This document shows positions 1 through 9,993 of a stretch of DNA of 64,000 nt, in pieces (position 1 is the stretch's first letter; each line of letters starts with the position of its first letter). The stretch lies in IMG/VR virus record IMGVR_UViG_3300037067_010746; one strand, given 5' to 3'. The DNA is from an uncultured virus (IMG/VR IMGVR_UViG_3300037067_010746). Lineage: Duplodnaviria; Heunggongvirae; Uroviricota; Caudoviricetes. The position numbers and the translations under genes were made by a program. The notes under the pieces were generated by a model. The model worked only from the letters and a program-made list of their open reading frames with translations, searched no databases and was not told the origin of the DNA.

Positions 1-1
1 A

Positions 2-88
2 TTAGGATCATTAACATCAGCACCTTCGACAATTATAGATGGAAGTGAATCATCAAATGGAACTCCATGGTTTGGGATACTGAGATAA
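2..88 (+). CDS. 3' end of an upstream gene (partial, truncated by window edge)
   Basis: Frame 2 is open from the window start to TAA at 86-88 (LGSLTSAPSTIIDGSESSNGTPWFGILR*), followed by an A-rich spacer before the holin. Confidence 0.45.
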   Translation, partial: LGSLTSAPSTIIDGSESSNGTPWFGILR

Positions 89-129
89 TCTAAATTTAAA
101 AAAATAATAACTCGTATTAAAATAACAAA

Positions 130-567
130 ATGGGAAGAGAAAGAATAACAGTATTCCTTGCTGGATGCTTATCGATTATATCAGAATTTGTAAATGAATA
201 TATGTTTTGCGATTGGCAATTTTTCACATATTTAACTATTCTAATGTTTTTAGATTTAATACTTGGAGTATGGAAACATATAATATTGGAAACAATATCA
301 AGTGCTGGTTGGGGAAAGGCAATTAAAAAATTTGTTATTTACGGAATAGTCTTAATCCTTGCTCACGTTATGGAAAATTATAGTATCAATGGTACTAAGA
401 ATATTCTTTTTGCATGGATGCCAATAATGATGTATTCGATATTAATGGTAAAGGAGTCTATTTCTATTCTTGAAAATATTGGAGTTATTTATCCTAATTT
501 TATTCCAAAATGGTTACTAAGTAAATTGAAAGAATATGATAAAAATGGAAAATTTAAAACTAATTAG
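130..567 (+). CDS. Phage holin (Phage_holin_4_1-like)
   Basis: 145 aa with about 3 hydrophobic segments, D-x-x-x-G and E-x-x-SI-x-EN motifs and a basic C-terminus. Lies directly upstream of an endolysin. Confidence 0.85.
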   Translation: MGRERITVFLAGCLSIISEFVNEYMFCDWQFFTYLTILMFLDLILGVWKHIILETISSAGWGKAIKKFVIYGIVLILAHVMENYSINGTKNILFAWMPIMMYSILMVKESISILENIGVIYPNFIPKWLLSKLKEYDKNGKFKTN

Positions 568-568
568 T

Positions 569-1282
569 ATGAAGAATATTAATTTAAAACTTAGAAAAAA
601 AAAGAAAAAAAAAGTTATTAATCTACCAATTAAAACAGAAAAAGTTGTGTCAGTAAAAAAATTTCAAATTTTCGGAACATGTCCATACATTATAATTCTT
701 GATGCAGGACATGGAGTAGATACTCCCGGTAAAAGATCTCCTGAATGGGAAGATGGTTCTCAATTATTCGAATGGGATTACAATAGAAAGATTGTTTCTC
801 GTATCGTAGAATTATTTGAAGAGAATGGTATCAGTTATCGAATATTAGTTCCTGAAGACAAAGATATTAGTTTAGAAGAAAGAGTTCAAAGAGCAAATGA
901 TTTCTATGATAACGTAAAAACTCCTTGTCTTTATATATCTATTCATGGGAATGCTTCCGGAGTAGAAGAAGCTAATGGATTTGAGATATTTACTTCTCCT
1001 GGACAAACAAAAAGTGATTTGTGTGCAACAGAGATATTCAATAGAATTGAAGAAAATGAATTGTTTAAATTACGAAAAGACATGTCTGATGGAGATCCAG
1101 ATAAGGAAAGTCGATTTTATGTTCTTATGCATACAAAGATGCCAGCAATTTTAACTGAAAATGGGTTCTTTACAAATGAAGTTGAATGTAAAAAAATGAT
1201 GACTTATGAGTTTAGAGATTCGATAGCGCAATCTCACTTAATAGGAATTAAAAAAATTATTTCTAAAAGATTATTAGGATGA
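569..1282 (+). CDS. Endolysin, N-acetylmuramoyl-L-alanine amidase (Amidase_3)
   Basis: Zn-amidase motifs ILDAGHG, E, ISIHGNA and PAILTENGF. ATG at 569, right after the holin stop, is preferred over 536. Confidence 0.92.
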   Translation: MKNINLKLRKKKKKKVINLPIKTEKVVSVKKFQIFGTCPYIIILDAGHGVDTPGKRSPEWEDGSQLFEWDYNRKIVSRIVELFEENGISYRILVPEDKDISLEERVQRANDFYDNVKTPCLYISIHGNASGVEEANGFEIFTSPGQTKSDLCATEIFNRIEENELFKLRKDMSDGDPDKESRFYVLMHTKMPAILTENGFFTNEVECKKMMTYEFRDSIAQSHLIGIKKIISKRLLG

Positions 1283-1890
1283 AACAATATTTAATAATAA
1301 TAAAAATTATAGTGCTGATTCTACTTTGTGGAGTCAGCATTTATGCTTTTAGGCTCCATGATGAAAAACTTAGGATTGAAAGTAATCAGAAAGCATTGCT
1401 ATCAGAACTAAAAACTATTGAAATGGCTAATGGTAATTATAAGACGGAAGTTAATGTTCTTCAACTAACGAATAAGGAATTAAAAGAATATAAAAAATCC
1501 ATCGTTGATCAACTCAAACTTCTTGAAATAAAAATTGGACAACTTGCTTCTATAAGTTCCAATTCAACTCATACTATTACAGAAGTTAATACAATAGTAA
1601 AAGATAGTTTTATTTTAAATCAATATAATGATACTATAAAAATTAAGAAAATTGATTATGTAAGTAAATGGTTATCCTTTAATGGATATTTTATTAATGA
1701 TTCATTACATGTAAGAATAGAGAGTAGAGATAGTTTAATTCAAGTTGTATATGATGATAGAAATTGGTTTAGACGAGTATTCAAATTTTGGGAAAATCCT
1801 TTATTAAAACAAATAGTATCATCATCAAATCCTAATTGCAAAATTGAATATACAGAATATATTAAATTAACTAATAAAAGAGGAAATTAA
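1279..1890 (+). CDS. Putative spanin-like (Rz-like) membrane protein
   Basis: N-terminal TM helix followed by a coiled coil. ATGA overlap with the amidase; third gene of the lysis cassette. Confidence 0.55.
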   Translation: MKQYLIIIKIIVLILLCGVSIYAFRLHDEKLRIESNQKALLSELKTIEMANGNYKTEVNVLQLTNKELKEYKKSIVDQLKLLEIKIGQLASISSNSTHTITEVNTIVKDSFILNQYNDTIKIKKIDYVSKWLSFNGYFINDSLHVRIESRDSLIQVVYDDRNWFRRVFKFWENPLLKQIVSSSNPNCKIEYTEYIKLTNKRGN

Positions 1891-1892
1891 TT

Positions 1893-2495
1893 ATGTTATA
1901 TTTAGAGAACGAAGAAATACAGATTACAGAAGATGCAATGACTTTTGCCGAAGTAAAAGACCTTTACAATAAAGACAGAAGAAATCAATCTAAGCCATAT
2001 TTCAAGAAGTGCATTACATACATTTATTGGGCATATAAGAAGGATGGAGAGTTCAAACAGTTATTACCATCAAAAAGAAGAAACAAAGCAGCAGAGATAG
2101 CTGGAGTAGATAAAGAAGAGATGGATAATGATAAGAGTATAAAAGCTTTTGTTAAATTATATCTCGAATTACAATCTACTCCAAGTGAACATTTACTTTA
2201 TGCCGCAGAAAAAAGAGTAGAAGAAACTATTGATTGGCTTAATTCTATTCCTATAAAGAAAGTTGAAAAACGAAAAATACAAGTTTATTATAATGTTCCG
2301 GAAAATGATGAGAAACAATCTCAATATATAATGGTTGAAACAGAGATTGACAATTCTGATGAAGTAAAAAAAGGAATGTTAATGGCAAATATGTTAGCTG
2401 ATCAACTTGAAACTTTAAAAAAGAAAATCATAAAAGAAAATACACAACAAAAATCGCAAGGACGTTTATTTGATACGATGAAAGGTTCAAAATAA
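1893..2495 (+). CDS. Conserved phage protein upstream of TerL, candidate terminase small subunit
   Basis: 200 aa, helical, TAATG-coupled to TerL. The function is inferred from position only. Confidence 0.45.
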   Translation: MLYLENEEIQITEDAMTFAEVKDLYNKDRRNQSKPYFKKCITYIYWAYKKDGEFKQLLPSKRRNKAAEIAGVDKEEMDNDKSIKAFVKLYLELQSTPSEHLLYAAEKRVEETIDWLNSIPIKKVEKRKIQVYYNVPENDEKQSQYIMVETEIDNSDEVKKGMLMANMLADQLETLKKKIIKENTQQKSQGRLFDTMKGSK

Positions 2496-4612
2496 TGGAA
2501 ACAGAACAAAGAATAAAATCATTCAAATTTATAGATACTGATAGATTCAGTCCTGTAGCAAATGGTAATGACCTGCCTTGGAAAGAAGACCTTTATCATG
2601 TAGGTTTTTCTGGTTTCAATCCGGACTTACTTAAAGATGATAGTTTTATTACTGACGTTGATTGGTGGGAAACTCAATATGATAGATGTATAAATGGATA
2701 TACTATTCCAAATGCAATTATTGAAGGTGGAGATTTTTGGGTTAATGGTAAAAAATATTTTGTCGATGAAAAAACAAATGAAATATATTCATGGGGAAAT
2801 AATATCGAATATAAAGATGACAATTCAATTTATTTAAAAGAACTTGATATCACAATAAAAGATAAAACAGTTTCAATAACAGGTAGACATTATTTTTATC
2901 TTAACTTCTGGGTTATAAAAAGAAGACCGCCTGATGGTGGAACAAAAAAAGTGCTACCTCCACGATTTACTGATTTGTCATTTGAAAATTGGTGGATACG
3001 TGATTTAGCTAACAAACTAATGAAAGATATTCTTTGGGCTAAATCTCGACAAAAAGGTTTCTCTGAAGAAGAAGCTGCCGATACTGCATATGATTTACTA
3101 TTCATAGGAGATACTCAAACAACAATCATAGGAGGGGAGGAATTCTACAATAGAAATACTATGGAGATGGTACGAAGAGGTATTTCCAGATTACAGCATA
3201 CACAGTTTTATAAGGAATTCAAACGTGGTGGAGATAATAAAGAGTATCTCGGAACGAAGAATACTGGTGCCGAGATTTTTTCTCGTACATGTAAAAATAA
3301 TCCTGAAGCTGTATCTGGACTTACTCCTTCTAAGGCACATCTTGAAGAAATTGGTATTTTTACACGAGGATTATTAAAGCAAGTACTTGATACTATAGAT
3401 GCATCACTTGAAGCTGAAGGTGAATTTCAAGGAGAAAAAACTGGTAAACGTGTTTACACAGGAACAGGTGGAGATATGGAACAAGGGGTTGCTGATATGG
3501 AAGATATGTTATATAATCCTGTAGAATATAATTTAGTTGAATTTGAAAATGTTTACGAAGAATCTGATATTATAAGTAAAATAGCACGTTTTGTTCCAGC
3601 TTGCAAATTCAAGGTTGTTGACAATGATGGCAATTCTAAAATGGAAGAAGGTATTAAATATATTTTAACTCAAATAGATAAGGCAAGACCTGATCGTAAA
3701 TATACTCTTACTGTAATGAATCCATTAAAACCTTCTAAGATATTCATGTCAAAAGAAGGAGGATATTTTGGTCCGATAATATCTCAGTGGTGTAATGAAA
3801 GAAAAGCATATATAATGAATCATAGAGAATCTAAAATAATGAAACATTATGAAGGCCGTTGGTTAGATCCAAAAGACCCAATGAAAGGAGTAGAATTTAC
3901 GCCATCAGAGGATGGCCCTTTTATGATATCTGAACCACCAGAAATAGATAAAGAGGGAAATGTATACGAAGGAGTTTATCGTGTAGGAACCGATTCTTAT
4001 GATCAACCAGAAGCCGCTTTCTCAACTTCTCTTGGTGCATGTTGGGTAAAGAAAGGATTTATTAATGCAAATAAAACTTATAATAAATATGTTGCTGGTG
4101 TTCTTGAAAGACCTACCGAAAGTATTGGCGGTCCAGATTTATTCTATGAACATACTGCTATGTTATCAGTAGCATTTAATGCTCCAAACTTAATAGAATA
4201 TTCTAAAATACTTATTATTGATTGGTATGTTAAAAATGGGTTTGCAGGTTATGTAAAACTAAGACCGGAATTTGTTACAGCATCTATGGTTATGAATTCT
4301 AAAGCAACAAACCGATATGGTATAGACCCATCTACAAAAGGAGAATGGTTGAAAATGCAAAAGAAATTCTTATCTGATAGAAGAAATATAGATAATTGTG
4401 ATTTCCCTGTTTTATTAACAGCATGGTCAAATTTTAAATATGATCCAACAGGGAAGAAATACAATTGTGATAATACTATTGCAACATCTTTATGTACTGT
4501 ATGCGAAGAAGATGAGAAAGGGATGTATGATAATACTCAAAACATAGAGAAACCAGATAATAGACCAATACATTATCAAAGAGATCGAAGTGGAAATTTA
4601 ATAATGATTTAA
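2495..4612 (+). CDS. terL: Terminase large subunit (crAss-like)
   Basis: ITGRHYFYLNF, Walker A-like KSRQKGFS, Walker B HLEEIG, coupling motif TGTGG and RNase H-like nuclease VGTDSYD. Confidence 0.92.
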   Translation: METEQRIKSFKFIDTDRFSPVANGNDLPWKEDLYHVGFSGFNPDLLKDDSFITDVDWWETQYDRCINGYTIPNAIIEGGDFWVNGKKYFVDEKTNEIYSWGNNIEYKDDNSIYLKELDITIKDKTVSITGRHYFYLNFWVIKRRPPDGGTKKVLPPRFTDLSFENWWIRDLANKLMKDILWAKSRQKGFSEEEAADTAYDLLFIGDTQTTIIGGEEFYNRNTMEMVRRGISRLQHTQFYKEFKRGGDNKEYLGTKNTGAEIFSRTCKNNPEAVSGLTPSKAHLEEIGIFTRGLLKQVLDTIDASLEAEGEFQGEKTGKRVYTGTGGDMEQGVADMEDMLYNPVEYNLVEFENVYEESDIISKIARFVPACKFKVVDNDGNSKMEEGIKYILTQIDKARPDRKYTLTVMNPLKPSKIFMSKEGGYFGPIISQWCNERKAYIMNHRESKIMKHYEGRWLDPKDPMKGVEFTPSEDGPFMISEPPEIDKEGNVYEGVYRVGTDSYDQPEAAFSTSLGACWVKKGFINANKTYNKYVAGVLERPTESIGGPDLFYEHTAMLSVAFNAPNLIEYSKILIIDWYVKNGFAGYVKLRPEFVTASMVMNSKATNRYGIDPSTKGEWLKMQKKFLSDRRNIDNCDFPVLLTAWSNFKYDPTGKKYNCDNTIATSLCTVCEEDEKGMYDNTQNIEKPDNRPIHYQRDRSGNLIMI

Positions 4613-4616
4613 AAAA

Positions 4617-7253
4617 ATGAAAATCGCACAACAACCAAATCAGGTAATACCTGAATCCCAAAAAGGGCAAGATTGGATGAAGCTAAATGCTGATGCAATC
4701 AAAACAATGAGTTTCCAAGATGCATCTTCACGTAGGCGAGATATGGAATGTTGGTATATGTATCATAACATATACAATGAAAGTGAGTTTGATTATCTAA
4801 CGAAGATCTCGTCAGGTACCGAGGGAGAGAATGATTATTATTTACCAGCAAAAATAAGACATATCCCTATTCAAAGAAGTAAATTAAATGTATTAATATC
4901 TCAACAAAAACATAGACAATTTGAATTTTCAAGTTCTATAGCTAATGGAGAAGGAAGAACAGAAAAATTCGCACGTATGGTTCATGGATTTGTTGGGGCG
5001 GTTACACAACAAATAGAACAAAGAGTTGGAGAGTATAATGTAAGACTTTCTGCTATTGAATCACAAAGAAGTCAAATACAACAAATGCTTCAACAGCAAC
5101 CTAAATCACAAGAAGAAGCACAACAACAACAACAGATGCAACAACAAATGCCTGTTATTGAGAATCAATTAAGAATAGCAAAAGAAACTTTACGTAGAGA
5201 ACAAGTATTATCAGAACAAGACTTTAAAAAGATGTCTACATTTTATCAATATGAAAAAGCAGATATTGTAGAAGATTTTAGTCAAAAATTAGCTTTAAAA
5301 TTACGTCAAAATTTACAAATGGATAGAAAGTCTTTAAAAAACTTTGTATCAGAAGTTGTTACAGGGAAACAACAATATTATGTAGATTATAATGCTGAAA
5401 CTCATGAATTAATTTATGAAACATTAAATGCTATGAATGTTTATTATCCATCTATTGAAGGGATTGAATGGATACAAGATGGTCCGTGGGTTTTAGTTGA
5501 AAGGAGAATAAGTATAAATCAAGCTATTGATAAATATGGGTTAAATGATGAAGATGAAATTAGTAAACTAAAAGATCAAATAAATAGTAGTTACTCTGTT
5601 ACTGATTTCCAAAGTTCTGAATTTGGTAAAAATATTTCTGGAGATTTATTATATTCAGGATCTAATGCTTTTCAAGAAGGTGTTCAAGAATATCAAATAT
5701 TCTGGAGATCTTGTAAGAAAATACAAGTTAAACGATCTCCTAATCCATATGAAGCTGGAAAAATGTTTACACACTTCTTAGATGATGAAGAAAAATTCTT
5801 TCATGAAGGTCAATTGTATTGGGATAATAAAAAGAAAAAATATATTGATAGGAAATCAGGTTCCGAATATGAGAAGAAGGATATTATTCTTGCAAATAAA
5901 GGAGAGAAACTTGAAACTCGCTATATAGATGAAATTTATGAAGCAACTATTCTAGGAAATGACATATATAAAAATCTTCGTAAAAAACCAATAAGACTTT
6001 ATTCAAATGAAAACTATTCATGGACAGCACTTCCTATTTTTGGTAAAACTTTTAATTCCATTACAGATAGACCATATTCATTAGTTTGGGATACCAAAGA
6101 TATTCAGAAATTATATAACTTATTACATTGGCATAGAGAATTGCTTCTTGCTACTTCTGGAGTAAAAGGTACAATAATGGATATCAGTCAGAAACCAGAA
6201 GGTATGAGTAAGAAAGAATGGCTTTACTATAAAAAACTCGGTACGCAATGGATTGAAACTGTAAAAAAACATGGTAGGCCTATGGCATATAATCAATTTG
6301 GTTCTTATGATGATTCGATGTCCTCATCAGTTCAGTACATAGATAGTATGTTAATGATGCTTGATGATGTAATGGGAAATATTATTGGTGTTGGTAGACA
6401 ACGACAAGGACAAGTTACCGGTGCCGATCAAGTTGCTACATATCAAATGGCAATACAACAAAATTCACTTATAACAGAAGTTATATATGCTCAACATGAT
6501 GAAATAGAAAGACAAGCATTTGAAGCAGTATTGAATCTTGCAACTAAATATAAATTTACTGATGGCGGAAACTTTGATTATCAAACTGATGATTTAAGTA
6601 CAGAAACATTTAAGTTACCTCCACAAATATTTGAAAATGTCGATTTGAAAATCAATGTTGCAAATAATACAATGAACGAACAAAAGCTAAAAGAGTTAAA
6701 ACAATTTGCTATTAAAGAATATGACAAAGGTATTTTACCATTTAAAGATATGATTGCTCTATATGATACAAATACTCTTGGAGAAATGCGTAAGAAATTC
6801 GAAATCTTTACAGCAGAAGCATTTGAAGTGGCACAACGTAATGCTGAGAATGCAAATAATATGGAAATCGAGAAAGAACAAAAATTAATGCAGGCTCAAG
6901 CACAAGTCGATTCTCAAATAAAACAAATGGATAATCAGATGAAGCAAATGGAACTTCAACTTAAAGGACAAGTAGAACAATTGAAAATTCAAACACAACA
7001 TGCTAAAATACAATCAGACGAAAAAATGCATAAAGAGGATAATCAAATGAAAATAATGGAAGTCCAAAATGAGAATATAATTGAACAGCAATATATCGAT
7101 GAGCAAAAAAGGTCAAACAGTACAGATGAAAGATTAAGAGCAATAGAATTACAAATGAAATCTTTATTGGGAAAGGCTGACCTTCAAATTAAAGGAGCTA
7201 AAGGTAATTCCCAGCATGGTATGAGATCACCAGAACATATATCAGACCGTTAA
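4617..7253 (+). CDS. Portal protein
   Basis: 878 aa directly after TerL, with a long C-terminal Q/E/K coiled coil. Fits the crAss TerL-portal-scaffold-MCP order. Confidence 0.85.
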   Translation: MKIAQQPNQVIPESQKGQDWMKLNADAIKTMSFQDASSRRRDMECWYMYHNIYNESEFDYLTKISSGTEGENDYYLPAKIRHIPIQRSKLNVLISQQKHRQFEFSSSIANGEGRTEKFARMVHGFVGAVTQQIEQRVGEYNVRLSAIESQRSQIQQMLQQQPKSQEEAQQQQQMQQQMPVIENQLRIAKETLRREQVLSEQDFKKMSTFYQYEKADIVEDFSQKLALKLRQNLQMDRKSLKNFVSEVVTGKQQYYVDYNAETHELIYETLNAMNVYYPSIEGIEWIQDGPWVLVERRISINQAIDKYGLNDEDEISKLKDQINSSYSVTDFQSSEFGKNISGDLLYSGSNAFQEGVQEYQIFWRSCKKIQVKRSPNPYEAGKMFTHFLDDEEKFFHEGQLYWDNKKKKYIDRKSGSEYEKKDIILANKGEKLETRYIDEIYEATILGNDIYKNLRKKPIRLYSNENYSWTALPIFGKTFNSITDRPYSLVWDTKDIQKLYNLLHWHRELLLATSGVKGTIMDISQKPEGMSKKEWLYYKKLGTQWIETVKKHGRPMAYNQFGSYDDSMSSSVQYIDSMLMMLDDVMGNIIGVGRQRQGQVTGADQVATYQMAIQQNSLITEVIYAQHDEIERQAFEAVLNLATKYKFTDGGNFDYQTDDLSTETFKLPPQIFENVDLKINVANNTMNEQKLKELKQFAIKEYDKGILPFKDMIALYDTNTLGEMRKKFEIFTAEAFEVAQRNAENANNMEIEKEQKLMQAQAQVDSQIKQMDNQMKQMELQLKGQVEQLKIQTQHAKIQSDEKMHKEDNQMKIMEVQNENIIEQQYIDEQKRSNSTDERLRAIELQMKSLLGKADLQIKGAKGNSQHGMRSPEHISDR

Positions 7254-7285
7254 TTTGATTTTTGATAATAAATGTCATAGTTTTG
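7254..7285 (+). promoter_or_regulatory. Bacteroidota primary-sigma promoter (-33 TTTG / -7 TAnnTTTG)
   Basis: TTTG at 7254-7257, a 20-nt spacer and TAGTTTTG at 7278-7285, in the intergenic gap 25 nt upstream of the ATG at 7311. Confidence 0.7.
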
Positions 7286-7310
7286 TTTAATATAAAAAAA
7301 TAAAAAAAAG

Positions 7311-8480
7311 ATGAAAGTAATTAGAGGGTTAGTAAAAAGTGCAATGTTTCCAATGAGATTTGGAATTATTGGAGATGAAGGTGGTGTAAGTTCTGAAGGA
7401 GGAGCACCACAACAAACAAATGAGGAAATATTAGGTAGTGTATTTGCTGGTAATGATGTAGATATTTCTACTATTCCAGATCCCGAAAAACCTGAAGGAT
7501 TCCAAGAAGTTGCTGGTAGTGAAAATAGTGATATTATTCCAAACAATCAAGGAGGTGTTAATGATGGGGGGAAACAAGTTTCTGATCAGTTACCAACAAA
7601 TACTGATAATTGGATGTGGGATGAAATGCAAAAGAGATTAAGCACTACTGAAAATGAATGGAGTATTCCAGAAGAAATAACAACTGGGAAAAAATCTGAT
7701 GGTACAGACCTTACTCAAGAAGATAGATTTAATATGTTTGTAGAAAACATTACAAAAGTTACTTCAGAAGAAAACACGGATTCGTTTCTCAAAGCATATA
7801 ACGCCGCAAAGAAAGACGAGAATTTTAGTATGAATAAATTCTTAGTTGAAGAACAACAAAAACAAGCAATTTTTGCTGCAGATGACGATACTTTTCTACA
7901 AGCGTATTTACGTTCTCAAAAAGATGATACTAATAGACAAAAGCATAGCGATAAAGAAATTCAAGATTATATTGCTAAATTAAACTCTATAGAGAAATCT
8001 GAAAAGGTTACTCAATTAAAAGGAGAGATTAATTTAGCTCAAGATGCTCGTGTTACAGAACAAGAACAAGCATATAACAAAAAACAAAAAGCCCAATTTG
8101 ATAGTTGGGAAAATAATAGGTTACAACAAGTTACCGATACAATGCAACGAATGAGTACAATGAATAATATTGCTGGACTTCCTATCACTGAAAGTGACAT
8201 AATGGAATTTCAAGGAGTATTTGATAAAATGACTCAATTCAATCCAAAGACACAACAATTATACATGGACGATTATTTGCAAAGCAACAACGACAATGTA
8301 TTTAAAATGCTGTATCTTTTGCACAAAGCTGATAAAGGCGAAGTGGCTAAACATATTTCTAATGTTAAACAAACTACTAAGGATGATATTCTTAATAAGA
8401 CTGGCATAAAGCCGAATATCCAAGGTAGTTCTGGACAATATAAAGGAGAAGTTGCCCCAGACTCTAAAGCATTTCATTAA
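7311..8480 (+). CDS. Putative capsid scaffolding/assembly protein
   Basis: Acidic, disordered N-terminus and helical C-terminus. Lies between portal and MCP. Confidence 0.65.
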   Translation: MKVIRGLVKSAMFPMRFGIIGDEGGVSSEGGAPQQTNEEILGSVFAGNDVDISTIPDPEKPEGFQEVAGSENSDIIPNNQGGVNDGGKQVSDQLPTNTDNWMWDEMQKRLSTTENEWSIPEEITTGKKSDGTDLTQEDRFNMFVENITKVTSEENTDSFLKAYNAAKKDENFSMNKFLVEEQQKQAIFAADDDTFLQAYLRSQKDDTNRQKHSDKEIQDYIAKLNSIEKSEKVTQLKGEINLAQDARVTEQEQAYNKKQKAQFDSWENNRLQQVTDTMQRMSTMNNIAGLPITESDIMEFQGVFDKMTQFNPKTQQLYMDDYLQSNNDNVFKMLYLLHKADKGEVAKHISNVKQTTKDDILNKTGIKPNIQGSSGQYKGEVAPDSKAFH

Positions 8481-8534
8481 TAGAGAAAAGAGAATAGAAA
8501 TTAGATTTTACAAAAAAATTAAAAAATTATTACA

Positions 8535-9974
8535 ATGAGGTATACACCAGGTTATAATCCGACAATGGCGAATGAGTCAATAAGTTCTTATCACTTAGTT
8601 CGTCATGCAATCAACGATCCAGATGTTCTTCCAACAATTTTCTCTCTTTATCAAGATGAGGAAACACCATTATCTTCTATCCTTAATCAAAAAGGAATGA
8701 AGACTAAAGGTTTATATGAAGGTATGAATAGTGGAAAATATCGAACAGTTGGTTCAAATCATATCCAATATGCTATCGAAGCAAGTGATGTGCGTAAATT
8801 ACATTTTAAATCAAACTCTACTGGAGTTACATTTGAAAGTTCTATCTACCCAACAGAGCCAGGTAAAAATCAATCAGCATTTTATATCTATGCAGATAGT
8901 AATTGGGCTGGTTCTAAGGAAGTATTAGAGTTGAATGATAATAATACTCAACTTTATGTTTATGACGTTCAACCACCTCAAGAAGTTGAGCCAGGAGTAT
9001 GGCGTTATGAAGTGAAAATAATTACGAGTGTTGTAGGTGATTTCTGTAATCCTGCTTTATTAACAGAAAATAGTGAATTTATGCCAGTGCAAACTGCATA
9101 CGAACATGATTTTTCTGAAACAGGTATTGAGAAATATACTTTTCCAACTTGGGGCCATGCTTATTTAACTCTTCAACGTGTTAAATATTCTTATTCTGGA
9201 ACAGCGCAAGCTATGAAAGAAGGTAAAAAATGGGCAATCCATAATGGTGCTCGTGGTTTCTTAACATATGCAGAAGATACAATGATGAAACGTGCTGCTC
9301 AATATAACGAGTTTAACATGATCTTTGGTAAACAATCTGTTTCTGAAAATGGCGAAGTTTTACTTCACGACAAAACAGGACGTGAAATCATGACTGGTTC
9401 AGGTATTATGAATCAAGGTGATGGTGCTTACGAATATCCATACAATAAATGGTCTAAAAAATTCTTAAAATCTTTAATGAAAGATGTAGACTTACGTGTT
9501 GGTGCTGATGGCGTAACAGAATGTGTTCTTATCGGTGGTCAAGAAGCTACAGCTGGTTTCTCAGAAGTTATGCGTGATTATGGTATTACACAAAATAATA
9601 ACATCGTAGGTGAAGGAGCAGCAAAAGGTATTAATGATACTTACGCTTACTATGAGTTTGATGGTGTACGTATCATTACAAAACGTTGGAGATATTTAGA
9701 TGGTCCACGTCGTGCTACTAAAAATCTATCTGATGGTACATCAAAATCATCTTGGGATGGATTTATTGTTCCTCTTGGTCAAACATCTGGTGGAGACAAT
9801 CAGGTAGAACTTGTTCAATTACGTAAACCTAAAACTGGTACCGTTAGTGGTATTAATGAAGGTGGCGATGGAATGGCAACTTCTGTAGATGGTAGCTCTG
9901 TTCACATGTTATTCCAATGTGGAGTAATTTCTCGTGCTAAAATCACAAGAATTTTCAGACCTTATAATTCATAA
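8535..9974 (+). CDS. Major capsid protein (crAss-like, HK97 fold)
   Basis: 479 aa, position after the scaffold, the crAss-MCP-like segment GREIMTGSGIMNQ, and highly-expressed-type codons (CGT, GGT, GCT). Confidence 0.85.
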   Translation: MRYTPGYNPTMANESISSYHLVRHAINDPDVLPTIFSLYQDEETPLSSILNQKGMKTKGLYEGMNSGKYRTVGSNHIQYAIEASDVRKLHFKSNSTGVTFESSIYPTEPGKNQSAFYIYADSNWAGSKEVLELNDNNTQLYVYDVQPPQEVEPGVWRYEVKIITSVVGDFCNPALLTENSEFMPVQTAYEHDFSETGIEKYTFPTWGHAYLTLQRVKYSYSGTAQAMKEGKKWAIHNGARGFLTYAEDTMMKRAAQYNEFNMIFGKQSVSENGEVLLHDKTGREIMTGSGIMNQGDGAYEYPYNKWSKKFLKSLMKDVDLRVGADGVTECVLIGGQEATAGFSEVMRDYGITQNNNIVGEGAAKGINDTYAYYEFDGVRIITKRWRYLDGPRRATKNLSDGTSKSSWDGFIVPLGQTSGGDNQVELVQLRKPKTGTVSGINEGGDGMATSVDGSSVHMLFQCGVISRAKITRIFRPYNS

Positions 9975-9993
9975 TTTAAAAAAGATAAAAGAA

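Noticed and set aside
71..98. Possible Bacteroidota promoter upstream of the holin
   Set aside because: The -7-like element reads TAAATTTA rather than TAnnTTTG, and the 16-nt spacing from TTTG is too short.
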